Source: Eledone cirrhosa
Taxonomy: Eukaryota
Reading direction: 5' to 3'
NCBI GenBank assembly: GCA_964016885.1
Contig: OZ024742.1
Location: 136,524,001 to 136,588,000, forward strand
DNA length: 64,000 nt
Of this stretch, positions 13,589 to 28,207 are shown piece by piece; position 1 is the first letter of the stretch; every line of letters begins with the position of its first letter. The notes beneath the pieces are model-generated. The model did not search any database, was not told the origin of the DNA, and saw nothing but the letters and a program-made list of their open reading frames with translations. Made by a program: the position numbers and the translations under genes.

Positions 13589-15374
13589 TGTGTGTGTGTA
13601 AATAACCCTTTTGGTGATAAATGAACATGGGTTTTGCACATAGAAAATTTCCCCCCTGAGGTACACAACTGGGAAAGGTGATTTTGTGGAAGACAAGCAA
13701 TCACCTTTGCATACTAGTCCCCCCTCTCCACAAGGATGTTTGTCCAAGGAAAAGGCAAAGACCAATACAGCTTGGCACCAGTCATGTAATTCAATTCTAC
13801 AGCTGAGTAAATTAGAGCAGTATAAAATAAAGTGTCTTGCTGAATGACAGAACCCAGTCTAAAAATAAAACTCACAACCTCACAATACAACTCTCTAACA
13901 ACTAAGCCACACACCATCACATCCATATATGAGGGTTTGTGTATGTGTGAGTTTAAGTGTAAAATACATATGTACACATACTTGCACCTTATCACTAAAT
14001 GTTGTAAGAGGCAACTAACAGTCTTGCTGCAAAATATTGCATCAAAAATGACACCATTATACTAAACATATGGAACCTGTCATGGGGCTCACAAAACTAA
14101 CCATTAACTTAGCAGGGAAAATCACATTCTAGGAATAGCAGCTAAATATCCCTCAAATTACACCCTATTGTTTTTCAAAAAAGAAGTACATGTAGAATAA
14201 AAATGTCTTAAATGTATACCTAAGACAAATATGGAATAGTTATATTTGTTGTAAGTCTAGTTGATCACTGCTGAACCAGAACTAAACATCAACACCAGAA
14301 TTTATATGGGTTTATATGCTTATACACACATACAATCTCACACACACACACACATATTTTTGCTAGCAGAGGAAATGGACATAATAAAGAGGATATATAA
14401 TCTAATGCCTATAAACCAATAGACAAGTGTATACACAGTTATTATATATCTACTTATCCAAACACATAGATTATGTTATTTACACACACACACACATATA
14501 CATACATGCATGCACACACACACACACACACATACACAGACACACACACACACACACACACATACACAGACACACACACACACACACTCATACACATATG
14601 CATACACACACACACATGCACATACACACTAACACACACACACACACACACACACATCAATATTGTACTGCTCAGGTCACTGATATTTGAAGATAGTGAA
14701 CAGATGTATAAAATGGAATTACTTTGTTAGGTAGCTGTAAAATACATTAATATTTACAGTTACAGATAGCTACATGTAGTCTGGTTATCTGTTATTACAT
14801 GCTAATGTTTCTGTGTCTGTGTGTGCCTATGTTTATCTATAAATATAAATATTATATATGCCTATATATACATACAGCATAGCATCATAAACACATTTAG
14901 GTATATTCATTTTATATGCATATCTATATAACCATATGTTTGTGTCTGAAAAGAAAAAGAAAAAGGGCTCAATACCAAAGTAAATATTTAGAGCAGTGGT
15001 TTAGCAGTATCGCTAGAGCATCAGACACCATGCTTTGCAGCACAGAACTATGGCCCTTTACATTCTGAGATCAAATCCGCTGAGGTTAACTTTACCTTTC
15101 ATCCTTACTGGGTTGATAAAATAAAGCACCAGTAATGCACTGAGGTCATTACTGGCCTAGTGCCAAAAGTAGAAACATTATATAATAGCAATTTATATCT
15201 GCTGCTAATCAGAATTTTGCCGGTCACACACAGCTGTTACTTGATCAGTAGGAACCTGCGAATCTCAAAATAGCCACACTGACTAATCTCAGTAATATAA
15301 TAAAATATTTGTGAATGTATGTATGAATATATGTGTGCTTGTGTGTGTGTGTGTGTTTATAGAATATCATTATA

Positions 15375-15730
15375 GCCATGCTTCATTGGATGTGCAATGT
15401 AAATGTGAGAGAAAGGCAGAGCTTTGATGAGTTGAGGGAGAAGCTGGGTTTAAGAGGAATCTCAGTTAGTGTGCAGGAGAGAAGACAGCATTGGTACAGG
15501 CATGCGGTGCCTATGGACAATGATTGTTGGGTGAAGAAGTGCCAGGATATGCCAGTTGTAGTACAGGAGGTCCAAGAAAGACCCGGCAGAGGTAGTGAGA
15601 GCTGACCACAAATCACTGAGACTCATTGAGGAAATGATGAAAGAATGCAACGAGTGGAAAGGTGCCATGCTGAGAAGGCTCTGTTCAACCAATGCAATCA
15701 TGGAAAAACAGTCGTAAAAATGATGATGAT
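15375..15730 (+). mobile_element. Degenerate 3' fragment of RTE-clade LINE
   Basis: MLHWMCNVNVRERQSFDELREKLGLRGI...QERRQHWYRHA resembles the RTE ORF C-terminus; (GAT)n tail. Confidence 0.7.
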
Positions 15731-16269
15731 AGTGATAGGAAGGTCATCCAAACATTGAAAACTAAACAACTAAAGTGTTGAGAGGACATGCTATTCATAT
15801 CATAAACATGGCCACTACACTAGTGCTTGTGCCATTATATCATACACCCAGTATACTTCATAAAGTGTAGAAATATGCGACCTAAATAAAGCCTTCACTC
15901 CCTTCCATGGCTATCTGAGAAGTCAGTAGCACCGATTATTTCCGGATTTGGTCTGTGACAACCTGTACAACCATTGCTAGCAGGAAAAAACAGACGTTAA
16001 ATTATGATGATGATGATGATGATGGACTGACTAGGAAAAAAATATATTTCTACAAAACCTACAGACACATAAACAATCACACCCCCTAAGTAGAAATTAT
16101 TCCAAATTCCAGAGAAAGTAGTCATTCCATAGAAAAAGATAAACATTACTGCCATATCAATGTAACCTAAGACATTGGCAGCTATTCTGTTTCTGCTCAT
16201 AACTTTCACAACCATATTATTTACAATTTTATTTATTTGTATTTTCCTAAACAGTTATGTTTTCTTGTA

Positions 16270-16385
<116 letters not shown>

Positions 16386-16509
16386 ATTTCTTATGCACTG
16401 CACATATAGCTGTGCATGTGTGTACATAGATATGTATATATATATATGTGTGTGTGTGTGTGTAAATATATACTCACATACATATGTGTTATGTATATAT
16501 GCAACACAC

Positions 16510-16571
<62 letters not shown>

Positions 16572-17026
16572 ACATGCGTGTGTGTTCAATAAGTTATGAG
16601 AAAATTTCAGGAAGGACATTATTTATTTTCTTATAAATAATTGTTTCTACTTTAGGCACAAGGCCAGCAAATACCCAGTGCATTACTGGTACTTTATTAT
16701 TTTATCGACCCCGTAAGGATGAATGGCAAAGTCAAATGACATCTACACAATTGTGCATGCATTTTCCTCACTATTGGACGATTTTCTTCTAGTCCCTTTT
16801 CTACAAACCCATTAGGAAATTTACCAATCTCTCATTCAGATCCTGTGTTGACTTGAATCTGATTCCAGTGTGACTCTCTTTCATGCATGGGAACAGAAGT
16901 GTTCTTGTTGCAGTAGATGGGAGAAATTTTGTGTGTCTGCAACAATGAAATTTGCCAGTTCCAATAACAATTTTCTATATGTATAATATATGTGAAATTC
17001 TTAATGTTTATATCATAATTTTTCAG

Positions 17027-17234
17027 ATGGCTTACGGGATTGCCAGGATCCAGACTGCTGTGATAGCAGTGCCTGTAAAGGGGACTCAAACTGTAAAACA
17101 TCACCCGACCCGTTGGATATACTTTTGAGGAAGCAACCGACCAGTACAACAGCATCATTTTTTGAGAAAATGAAATTCCTTATTGAACATGAGAGCGTGC
17201 AGACCTATGCTACCAGACATGCCTTCAATGAAAG
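17027..17234 (+). CDS. Ten-m: Teneurin exon: Cys-rich domain (DCxDPDCC) (absent from the ORF track)
   Basis: TTTTCAG acceptor, AG|GTGAGA donor, phase 1-2; DGLRDCQDPDCCDSSACKGDSNCKTSPDPLDILLRKQPTSTTASFFEKMKFLIEHESVQTYATRHAFNE. Confidence 0.95.
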
Positions 17235-18254
17235 GTGAGATCAAAACAATTTTCTTCACTCATCTTTTCTCCTTTGTCATCACATCATCATACACAACAT
17301 GGTATTAATCACCAACATGGTAATCATCATCAGCATCATTATGAACTAGTTAATCAACAGCATTGTCATCATTACCACCAATAGTATCATCTCTATCATG
17401 AAAATCATTTATTAGATGTGCTAACATTACCTATTTTTGAAATGAGTTTAGAATGTTTTATATGAGTTTCTTCTGATTTAGAAAATGAGTCTGGTCTGGG
17501 GTTAATAGCACTTAGCTGCTTAGATTTGCCTATTGGTTCCTCCTGTTATATAAGGAAAGAAGCGTAACACAGAATGAGGATTGACTGTGAGTCCAGTCTG
17601 ACATACAGCAGCACCCAGACAAACTCCAGTCTGTGGCTCACAAATGTGCTGTCTCTTCTCACTGATTCATCTACCACTACTTCAGGTCTTTTCCATCTCA
17701 ACTCAACCTTTCTGGCCTCACCATCACTCCTGTTGTATCCAGTTGTAGACACCACACTACCCCTTATTTCCTGTCCCTTCTGCTTAGATTATCAGCCATC
17801 TGGAACCCTCATGCAGCTCATAAATTTCCAAAACAAGTCAATCTCCAATAGTTTAAGTGGGACCTCAGTAACATCAATCTATCCATTCTTGGAGAGACTA
17901 TTGTTTCCCCATAGACCTCCCTCCCCAAAAAGAAAAACAGTTTCCTTTACACTCGCCATGTCCTTTGTACATCACCATATATCATCGTTTCCTAGCCAAT
18001 TTCCTGAAACAACATATATTCTAGAGGATTGGTCATATGGTTGACATACTGCAGAATTCCCTATATAAACTAATGTCCTAAACAATCTTTTGGCAAGCCT
18101 GGGATTTAAGCTGACAACCATACGATTGTGAGCTCAATGCTCTAACAACTAAGCCACATGCTTTCACCCACACACACACATGTGTGTGTGAGTTTGTGTG
18201 TGTATATATTCATGTGTGTATATGTAAGTATTCATATATATATATATATATATT

Positions 18255-18313
<59 letters not shown>

Positions 18314-18947
18314 GAGAGAGAGAGAGAGAGAGCGCACATAGATAATTGAAACACGAAAACTGTATATACATACAAAGAGAGAGCATATAGATAATTGAAA
18401 CACGAAAACTTTATATACATACAAATATATATAGGCACATGTATATACCTACATGCACACTAACTTATATTAATAAATGTGATATGCTGCTGACAGGTTA
18501 TTTTGGGTAGTTAAAGATGAAATATGGTTTCTGTATGTATTCTAGTGCTTCTCTTCTTGCATTTTTTCTTGTTCAATAAGGGTAGGACAAGCCCTCCCCA
18601 CAAACAAACAAAAAAAAGTTATGACAATTTAAGAACATATTTAAAAAGAACAATAGAAACAAGGATAAAAATGTTTCATTACAAGAAGACTTATTGAGAG
18701 AAACATACTTTTACTAAGAATAAAAAAAAAACATATCTCTCAACACTCTTGTAACTTTGTTTGCTTTGTATGCTAAGAGGAAGTATACTGCTGTGTATAT
18801 AATATTTTCGAGACTCTCCTCTGCCAACAAAATATGTGTTTATATGTACGTAATGTATCTCTCTCTCTCTGATATATATATATATATATCTATGTCTAAT
18901 GTCTATGTCTCTGTGTGAGTGTATACATATATATATATATATGTCTA

Positions 18948-19288
18948 TCATTCATCATCATTTCCTTTTACGTCTGCTTTTCCCTGCTTGCAAGGGTGGG
19001 ACGGGAACTGATTCTGGCTTGATTTCTACAGCTGGATGCCCTTCCTAACACCAACCTCATTTACAGTGAGTGCTGGGTGCTTTTTTGCCGTGGCGCCTAC
19101 ACGTCCACTTTGCAGTGGAATGATAGGGACCCCAGTCCTATCATCTCATTTCTACAGCTGAGTAAACTGGGGCAATGTGAAATAAAGTGTCTTGCTCAAG
19201 GAAACAACACATCACCCGGTCTGAGAATTGAACTCACAACCTCTCGATTGCAAGGCCAATGCTCTAACCACTAAGCCATATGCCTCCA
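18948..19288 (-). mobile_element. tRNA-derived SINE with CORE-like domain (family A)
   Basis: Near-identical to 4041-4415 and to the reverse complement of 12041-12388. Confidence 0.88.
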
Positions 19289-19354
19289 TATCTATGTGTT
19301 TATATATATATATGTCTATGTATATGTGTTTATATATATTTATATATATAATGT

Positions 19355-19380
<26 letters not shown>

Positions 19381-19385
<5 letters not shown>

Positions 19386-19554
19386 TGTTTCTACATTTGG
19401 CACAAGGCCAGCAATTAATCAGTACATTACTGGTACTTTATTTTATTGACCCTGTAAGGATGAAAGGCAAAGTTAACCTCGGCGGGATTTGAACTCAAAT
19501 CCTAAAGGGACGTAACTATGCTGGAAAGCATGGCGTCCGACCCTCTACTTATAC
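19381..19554 (-). mobile_element. tRNA-derived SINE family B (central GCCTTTCATCCTTACxGGGTCxATAAAAT motif, MetaSINE-like)
   Basis: B box GAGTTCAAATCC on the minus strand; related copies near 9090, 15000, 16640, 22250, 29820, 38450, 49475, 54830, 55360 and 60887. Confidence 0.75.
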
Positions 19555-19803
19555 AAAACCCGCCAGAGACACTTCCGTACTACGAGCGAGACACGGTCCT
19601 CTGACCAATCCCGCATCAAATGAGACAAAACTGTCTAACCCATGCTAGCGTGGAAGATGGACGTTAAACGATGATAATGATGATGATGATACACACACGC
19701 ACGTGCACGCACATGAGGGCCCATAAGTAGCACCCAATTGTAAATAGTGATGAAGCTACAATCTTAACATCAGGTGTTACATTTGGGACATACACACAGG
19801 CGT

Positions 19804-19875
<72 letters not shown>

Positions 19876-22580
19876 TCGTTATTCCTACCCCCATATATAC
19901 ATGTATATATATATGTATAGGTCTAACAATATTTTAAATATATGTGTTTAACTCTCACATTATGTATGGTATGTTATTTTTTCTGTCTGTGCATTAATAT
20001 GCTAATTTTACAAATATTATTTTTCTAATGATCCATTGTTTTTTTTTGTTTTTTTTTTATTTAATTATTTTCTGAAGTCCATTTTCCCTTCTCTTTCCTT
20101 CTCTCTAGCTTTCCAATGTCACATCATTTCCCCTCTGTTCATCTGTTCCGTCTCCACTTTATACTTATTTCCTCTCCTTATCTAGATTTTTCTCTCTCTT
20201 TATCTGTTTTACTCTCTCAGCTATCATTTCCTTTTCTTTTTGTTTTTCATTCTGTTGCTGTCATTTTCAATTATATTCTTATAACCATTCACCTAATTAC
20301 TGTCACCTTTGTCTTAATCATTACCTCCACCACCACAATCGTCATCATTAACATCATCGTCAGTTTTTGTTGTTATTGTCATCATCATCTTCACTACCAC
20401 CACCTTCATCACCATTGTTACTTTACTTCTTGCTATTTGTATTCTTGTGGATCATCAGCATAGTGTCAAATCTATAACTGTCATGGCCACTACAACTAAT
20501 ATCAACACTACTATGACCACCATCATCAACATTATTAATCCATTTGTTTACTTAGGAATATTTATTTAGCAGAATTAACAGTTAATCACAGCCAGAGATG
20601 GTGGGGCACATTACATATAGCATTGCTGTTTCTAGTCACCATTGCTGATCATTGTGATTTAGCTATTTGGTGATGAGTCACAAAACTAAAGTCTTATAGT
20701 CTATCTATTCCAAGAAGTAGTAGACAGCAAGCATTCCAAATGTGTAGTGAGGAGAACTTGTGTTGTTGTTGAAGTTGTTACTAGCTGGAGTAGTGGTGAT
20801 TTTTATCAATAGTGATAATGTTATTGCCATTGATTGACAATGGCAACTTCATATTTATATTCAGTATAAACACTGTTGAAATATCCAAATGGATAAATTA
20901 TTAGACAACTTGCTCATGGGTCTTGAGATCAAATCCAATTCATAAATTTCATTGTGTTATTACCAGAACATATTTTCCTATAACAGCATTGACTCAATTC
21001 ACCTAGATTTCATGAATACATATATCATATCATCTGGGAACTTTCATTCTAATAGATTGGCATCCTATTCAGGTAGAGAAAGATAGAGGGGGAAGACAGA
21101 GTGACAGAGAGGGATAATGTGAGAGAAAGGGGAGTGAGTGAGAGAGAACAAGAAAGATATATCACTTCACATCAAGAAACTAGAGTTAAATAACAAATCT
21201 GAATATGCCCATTAGACTCAAGTATATGTATTTATAGAGTATTTTATCATACCTCCATCATTTAGACCAAGCACTGAATCTGTTGGATCATCATCCATCA
21301 CCTGTACATAAATTCATAAATATGTCATTCAAATGATCAACAAAACATCTACTTTTCCTGTCTTCACTTTGTATTAAGCTTCTGGTTGACCAACTCATAT
21401 TTTTTGTTACGTTAAGCTTTCTACCTGAAATGCTTTCTGTTATGAAGGACAACCAGCTGCAGCAGCCATGCCAAAAAAGGTTTAAGAGAACTCTTTAGTT
21501 GTGTCAAGGCGACAATAACCTTGCTAGTATTGGTGCCATCATAAAATGCACCGAGTACACTCTGTAAAGTGGTTGATGATAGGAAGGGCATTAGTAAACT
21601 TCTCAAAGAGTTGAAATGGCTCTACAATTGTGTCAAAGGTATGACAAACTCTCTAGTGTCAGTGCTACAATACAAATCAACCCTGTACAATCCTTAAAGT
21701 ACAGGGAAGGAAGGCATATGTGAGATGTACCCCCACCACCACCACCACCTCCCATCCCATCTGAAAATTAGCTGGCTGTAGCTAATTACTGAATTAGTTT
21801 GTGATGACTCATCCACCATTTGCTGGCAGGAAAAATGGGCATTAAATGATTATTATCTTATTAGGTTTCAGGGTGGAATGGGAAGCGTTGCATTTCAACC
21901 AGTTTGTTGAAAGGTGGGAGATAGTAGCAGGCATGGCTTGAGTGAATGGGCCTGCTCTGAGTATGCTTCTCTATAGTGGATGATGACAACTGGGAGTGCA
22001 CCCTTGCCCTACCAGTCAGATTGACTGTGGCTTTTTGTGGGCTTTCTCTATGAGTGACCCACCGAGGTCCCTTTTGTGGACTTGTTTGGTTTGATGTTTT
22101 AAATGTTTATTTCTTTAGTTTTTGTTACAACAGTTTTAGACACAAAAAAACCACAGTGACATCCTGCGCCATATTGTGTATTTAATTCAGTAGTATGTAG
22201 CTAATAAAGAAACTACTATTATTATTACACCATGCTTCGTGGCATAGAGTTATGGCTCTTTACGTTCTGATTTCAAATACCGCTCAGATTAGCTTTGCCT
22301 TTCATCCTTACAGGGTCGATAAAATAAAGTACCAGAAACAATACATTTGATTGTTAATTCAGGTCCTTACCCACTTATATAACATGTTATTTTGAAAACT
22401 CTTACATCCCAAAATTACAAAACCTGTTAAAAATGTACATGAAATTTTATGTCTATTGATATTCTGTTAACTGTATATATTCTTCGTTTTAATCAAAATG
22501 AACGTTTTTATGCAAATAATATATTTCAGTTTATTAATTGTTTCTTTCTCTCTAATTTTTGTTATCTCTTATCTTTCCAG

Positions 22581-22700
22581 CCAAGTATCAGTCATTAGTG
22601 GAAGTGTGCTGACCAGAGATGGAAGTTTCCTCATCGGTGTGAGAGTAGGAGTGGTCACTCAACCTCTTTATGGATACACATTTACTCGAGCTGGAGGAAG
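22581..22700 (+). CDS. Ten-m: Teneurin exon: transthyretin-like (TTR) domain
   Basis: CTTTCCAG acceptor, AG|GTCAGT donor, 120 nt phase 2-2; QVSVISGSVLTRDGSFLIGVRVGVVTQPLYGYTFTRAGG. Confidence 0.93.
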
Positions 22701-22810
22701 GTCAGTTGTTCCCTCATTGTTTTTTTCAGTTTCTTTTGTGTGTGTGTATATATATATATATATATACATAACAACAAATAATAAATATAATCACTTGAAT
22801 AAAACTTCTC

Positions 22811-22841
<31 letters not shown>

Positions 22842-23054
22842 AGCAAGAACCGGTCATCCAACTAAACTTGCCTCAAATGGGAAAAAACCTGTCTAACCCA
22901 TGCTAGTGGAAGATAGATGTTAAATGATGATGATGTTGATATCTATATATATAAAGATATCCCACCATTGCAAGCAGGGAAAAGCGGATGTAAAATTATG
23001 ATGATGATGATATATATATATATACTCCAGTGATATATCCCAATGATTGTATAA

Positions 23055-23105
23055 GCATCTGATGAAGTCACATGCATAACCAGGTAACAGAAATATATAT
23101 CATGC
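23055..23105 (+). ncRNA. Type I minimal hammerhead ribozyme fold (somewhat decayed)
   Basis: GCAU-CUGAUGA-AGUCAC...GUAACA-GAAA-U-AUAU-A-UC^-AUGC, followed by AATAAA; next to (TA)n. Confidence 0.65.
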
Positions 23106-24212
23106 AATAAAGCAACGATGGTGCAATAACTCCATCTTAAATTTGTTTCCTCAACACTTATAATTTGAAATGTTTGAGCTTTGCACATGATGCTATTTTA
23201 CATTTTTAACAACTGTTTGATTCAGCTCTTTAATTTAGACAGTAGGTTGTTTTCAAATGTCTCTTAGATGAATGATGAGAGTTCTCAGCCAGTATCTCAG
23301 TGATATAGAGTCTGATTCTTTGTAGTGGTCACTTGCAATATCCTTTTTCATCTTTAAGTTTCTTTACTTGATTTTTATAAGCTATTTCATAGTAATTGAC
23401 TGTAATTGCAGTTAATATAGGCACTTGAGCATCCTACAGCTTCTATAAATATATATCTATTTTTGCAAGTGTATTGGTGTGCATGTGCTCACATATGTTT
23501 AAATGATGATTTTGGAATTGTATATGCTTTGGGCATTTCTTTTGTAAAGTTAGGTAGACAGATTGATTTATAAGGACATAAAGAAATAGGTTAAGATAGA
23601 CAAAAATAGAATGATTGATTGATAAAATGGATAGATCGCTAAATAGATTTGTTGACAGAAACACAGATAAATATATTGATTGGTTGCTACAAAGATAGAT
23701 TAATAAATAGATTTGAAGAGAGATAGATATTTTGGTATATTGAGAACTATACCACATTGGAAAATACAGTGTACAATAATAGTTTCTCAATTCAAAAGAA
23801 TATTCATTTTGCTTAGAAAAAATGATAGAGAAGTAAAGACTTGGCAATTAGATGTACATTAATTTTGAAATATTGAAAATACTTAGACAGTAAAAAATGG
23901 AATGTTTTTCAAAAAAACTATTTTCCAGAAGTTTTCTCAAAGAAATGGATGAAAGTACTAGTAAAATATATAAATGTTGATCATGCAAAGAATGTTGGAT
24001 GGAAATGTTTGTGTGTGGATATATGCATTTAAATGAATATAAAATTTGTTGTATATGTTGCTTCAATATTATTTACCACAAATTGTCCTCAGTTAAAAAA
24101 ATTTCAAATCTATTTCATCCTTGCTACTGCACTTAGCCTTAGGCATTTCAGCCAAGACTACTCCTTTCTATATCCAATGTGCATTTCTTTTTTTCTAAAT
24201 AGATCCTAAAGA

Positions 24213-24775
24213 TCATCATCATCATTTTAATGTCTATTTTTCTATGCTTGCATGGGTTGGATGGGTCCTTTTCAATGCAGCATCTCTCCACTCACTGCAT
24301 TCCTTCATCATCTCCTCTGTCAGTCTCAGTGACTTGAGATCAGCTTTCACCACCTTTGCCCATTGGTCTTCATTGGTCTACTTCTGTTGTGGCTCCCTTC
24401 TACTGAGATTTCCTGACACTTTTTCACCCAGCAATCATCATCCATGTACATCCCATGCCTATAGTAATGCAGTCTTCTTTCTTGCACACCACTTCAGATT
24501 CCTCTTAACCGAGTTTCTCCCTCAGTTCATCCAAGATCTGCCTTTCCCTCAACATTTAGATTGCACATCCGATGAAGCATGGCTGATATATTTCTCTCCA
24601 GTCTACACATGTCCTCTGCATTCACTGCCCATGTTTCACTACAAAACAACATCACACTTCACACTGAGGCATCATACAGCTATCCTTTTGTACGTAGGGA
24701 GAAGTCTTTTGTTGTAAACAATAGGAAAAGCTCTCTAAACCTTTACCATCCGATCCTTATTCTTGCTATTAACCA
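24213..24775 (-). mobile_element. Degenerate RTE-clade LINE 3' fragment
   Basis: Reverse complement resembles 15375-15730 (ATGCTTCATCGGATGTGCAAT...GAGGGAGAAACTCGGTTAAGAGGAATC); (CAT)n tail at left. Confidence 0.7.
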
Positions 24776-27219
24776 CTATTAAGATAGATTTTGACGCTAT
24801 TTCTAGCAGGTCAAACAACCAGGTAGAGCATCACCTATTGACTGAATCTAAGATTTAATTTTCCATAAGAAAGTATTAACTATTGCAGTAACAATATCAA
24901 CTGGGACTAAAATGATTAAACTTGAGGTTTCACCGAATTAGTAATAAGTCACATACTTCATTGTACCACTAGAGCTCTATTGAAGATGATTTTTATGTAG
25001 TATATGAAAAATCAGTCCCATGTAAGTTATTTACATCACCATACATTGATACCTTTCCAAGTATTATTCATAATTGAAGCTTAGTACTGCAAACTAGTGA
25101 AATAATTGTTAATGTTACAGTACTGTTGTTTATAATGATAGCTGTGATAGTGTTTGATGTCATCTATTGATTATTTAGTTGATTTTGTGTTGTTGTTTTT
25201 GTTTTTGTTTCTTTGAACACTGTGTACACTGTGTCAACTAAACTATCTACATTCCAAAAATAGAAATTCTACATAAACCATTAATGATGGTGATGATGCA
25301 TTTTATTTTCAATGCCTTAGGTTACAGGCCTGTCATCTTAGCAGACTTCCTCCTTCTCTCCTTCTCTTCTCTCTTGACTATGACTATAAACTGAATGTTT
25401 AAGGAATAAGTGAAATGAAATGGAACTACCAAAATGTAACCTACATCAAAGTTGCAACTGTCCAGGTGGTTGGTTATTGTTTCCAGCACTTGAAGTTTAG
25501 TGGACTGTATCTCTAATAATATTCCCTGAAGCTGAATTTGTCTTTTTCAATAAATGGTGAATTCTAGTACTAATTTTGAATGATCTCTGTCAGTATTGTT
25601 AAACCCCAAGCTAATAATACGGAGCATAGGGTTTGTCAAAGTAAAGAGATAAAGCAACTCTTACAGAACCTAAAACGAACTGGCATAACATTTCATTGTA
25701 AAGTTAATTGAACTAGAAATACGCACTTAAACTTAGTGAACTCTAAAGTAAGATTTAAATGGTAAGAAAATCAATAATCTTTCACATCAACTAGAACCAT
25801 CTCACAAGTCTCAGAAGATCTGAAAAGGTTATAGGTACTGCACTACCTCTTTATTTTCTGTTTTATGTGAAAACAAATTTAACAAATTTTAAAAATAAAA
25901 GGACAGAGAGAGAGAAAGAAACTTTAAGAAACACTATTGTAGCATTTCTATTACACAACAACTAACAGCAAATGATTTAAGGCCATTTTTTTCTTGCTAT
26001 AGTAAGGGCTGCTCTAGTAGTGCCCATGGCAGTCTTCATAACCCTTTTGATACCAAACCATCTGAAAACAGGTGATTACATTAAATGTAGAATTATCAAA
26101 ATCATGTCCATTAAATCATCATTTCCATTAAATATATATATGGTTAATTTCAATGTGACCAATATTTAATTTATTGATAAAGACAAGCCATTTTGCTCAA
26201 CTGAGACTGAAACCAGATGACAATAAGTTAAGTGAGCTATATCAGGCAATTTCAAACCACCAACAAATCCTTATTTAATATATCCTCACAATTCATGGGT
26301 GACCAATTAAAGTTTAAACAAAGAAAACAAGAACTCATAGCAAGAGACAGAAGGGAAAATAAATTTGCTTTGTGTCCACTGAATCATATCAGAAATTACT
26401 GACTATGACATGACATTTTGGTAATAAGAACTAATAAAATTGAAAAAAACAATAACTGAAAAAATAAAGGGATGAAAATTCACTGATCCATATCTACTTA
26501 ATCACTGAGGCATGACAAGACCTTTGAGAAATTATTGGTTACTTAATTCACATAAGTTTACAATTTTTTTAAAAGAGGGTATAGTTAATTAAATCTGATT
26601 TTGTTTATCCTCGATGACTTCAATTCGTTTCCTCAATACTATGAAAACAAGATGCATTTATTGCCATTTTCTATGCCAAAATAATAGTAAGCCTTGCAAG
26701 ATGCATGATAGCTTTCCTATGGTCCTTTTCGAGACAATGTTTTATGACAGGATTCCTTTCCTGATACTAACACATTTAGTCACCTCTTATGACACACAGA
26801 GATATAGTGTAGCTAGTCAAAACCAAATACATACATCTATCATTCTCTCGAAATTTGAGAGATGAACAATAGACTCCTGTAGAATTTGAACTGGGAACAT
26901 AGAGTGAGGGAACCAAATATTTGCAGGATATAAGTGATCTGAGCAAAATGAGAGCCAATAAGACTTGGTTGATATTTGAGAAAGCGAGAGGGAGAGAGAG
27001 AATTAAATCTATGACAGAGTCAATGAAAACAAAAACTAGATTTGTCTGACTTAACAAGCAATGATAGAAATAGGTCGGAGAAACTAAAGGGTGGAACCTG
27101 AAAAGTAGGAAATACTCCCCCATTTCCATCACTGTTCACATGACAAAATCATTTCAAGTCCTTTCAATTATTGTTTTTATTGCATAATATCCTTCTTTTG
27201 TATTCGATATCTTTTGCAG

Positions 27220-27499
27220 GTTCGATATCTTAGTGAATGGTGGTGGATCAGTGACACTACAGTTTAACAGGGAGCCCTTTCCTGCTCAAAGTGCTAGTGT
27301 TCTTGTGCCCTGGAACCAGATCATAACAATGGACACAGTTATCATGACGTTGGAGGATGATGACTGGATAGCACCAAATCCAATCTTGTGCAATGTTGAG
27401 CACCAATATTATCTGCTGCGGCCAGTTGTTCTCTCAACTTGGCAGCATACCCAACTCGGTGCCTGTCCAGAGAAGACCACTATTATTCCAGAGTCCCAG
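27220..27499 (+). CDS. Ten-m: Teneurin exon: TTR domain / FN-plug start
   Basis: TTTTGCAG acceptor, CAG|GTAATT donor, phase 2-0; FDILVNGGGSVTLQFNREPF...VPWNQ...TTIIPESQ. Confidence 0.96.
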
Positions 27500-27714
27500 G
27501 TAATTAGACATTTTTTTTTTGGGGGGGGGGGGGGGGGGGTTATTTATATAAAATCAATATGAAATATACATTAGTAATATCTAAGAATATAAATAAGTAT
27601 AGTATTATAATCAAACCATTTGGTATATAACAGTGCCACTTAACTATAAATATATATGTATGTATATATATATACATACATACATACATTCATACAACTG
27701 TATATATATATATA

Positions 27715-27904
27715 CGTTATTCCGGGTTGAATCGGAGGTAACCACAGTAAGTAAGGTACTCAATACATAGCAGAGTATAACAGTTTTAATATAGATGAGA
27801 TTCTACAGGACTAGAACTGTTTCATTCATCAGGAATCTCAGGGATTCCTGATGATTTCAAATGAATGAAACAGTTCTAGTCCTGTAGAATCTCATCTATA
27901 TTAA

Positions 27905-27908
<4 letters not shown>
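27715..27908. mobile_element. Hammerhead-bearing fold-back element, copy 2
   Basis: Near-perfect inverted arms 27782-27836 and 27843-27908; extension shared with 10771; flanked by (TA)n. Confidence 0.85.
27841..27893 (+). ncRNA. Type I hammerhead ribozyme fold
   Basis: GGGAUUC-CUGAUGA-UUUCAAAUGAAU-GAAA-CAG-UUCUAGUC-CUG-UA^-GAAUCUC. Helix I is 7 bp; helix III is CAG/CUG with a CUAG palindrome in the loop. Confidence 0.72.
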
Positions 27909-27948
<40 letters not shown>

Positions 27949-28207
27949 TTGGGTGCATATATGTGTGTGTAATATATACACGTGTATATGTATGCCATCA
28001 TTAAGGTGGCCTTCATGCTTTTGACAAAACTAAAGTGCTCCCAACTCCTAGTTTGGCAAATGCCTATGGCTGGATGCCTTTCCTATTACCATAAGGGGAC
28101 TCCCACACACCAGAGAATATTCCCCCACTCCATCTAGGCCTGCATCACTGAGGTAGTGATGCTAAGTCAGACAATGATGTGTGTGTATATATATATATAT
28201 ATACATA

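Noticed and set aside
17574-18044. 156-aa ORF
   Set aside because: No recognisable domain and no compatible splice signals; likely decayed repeat or chance.
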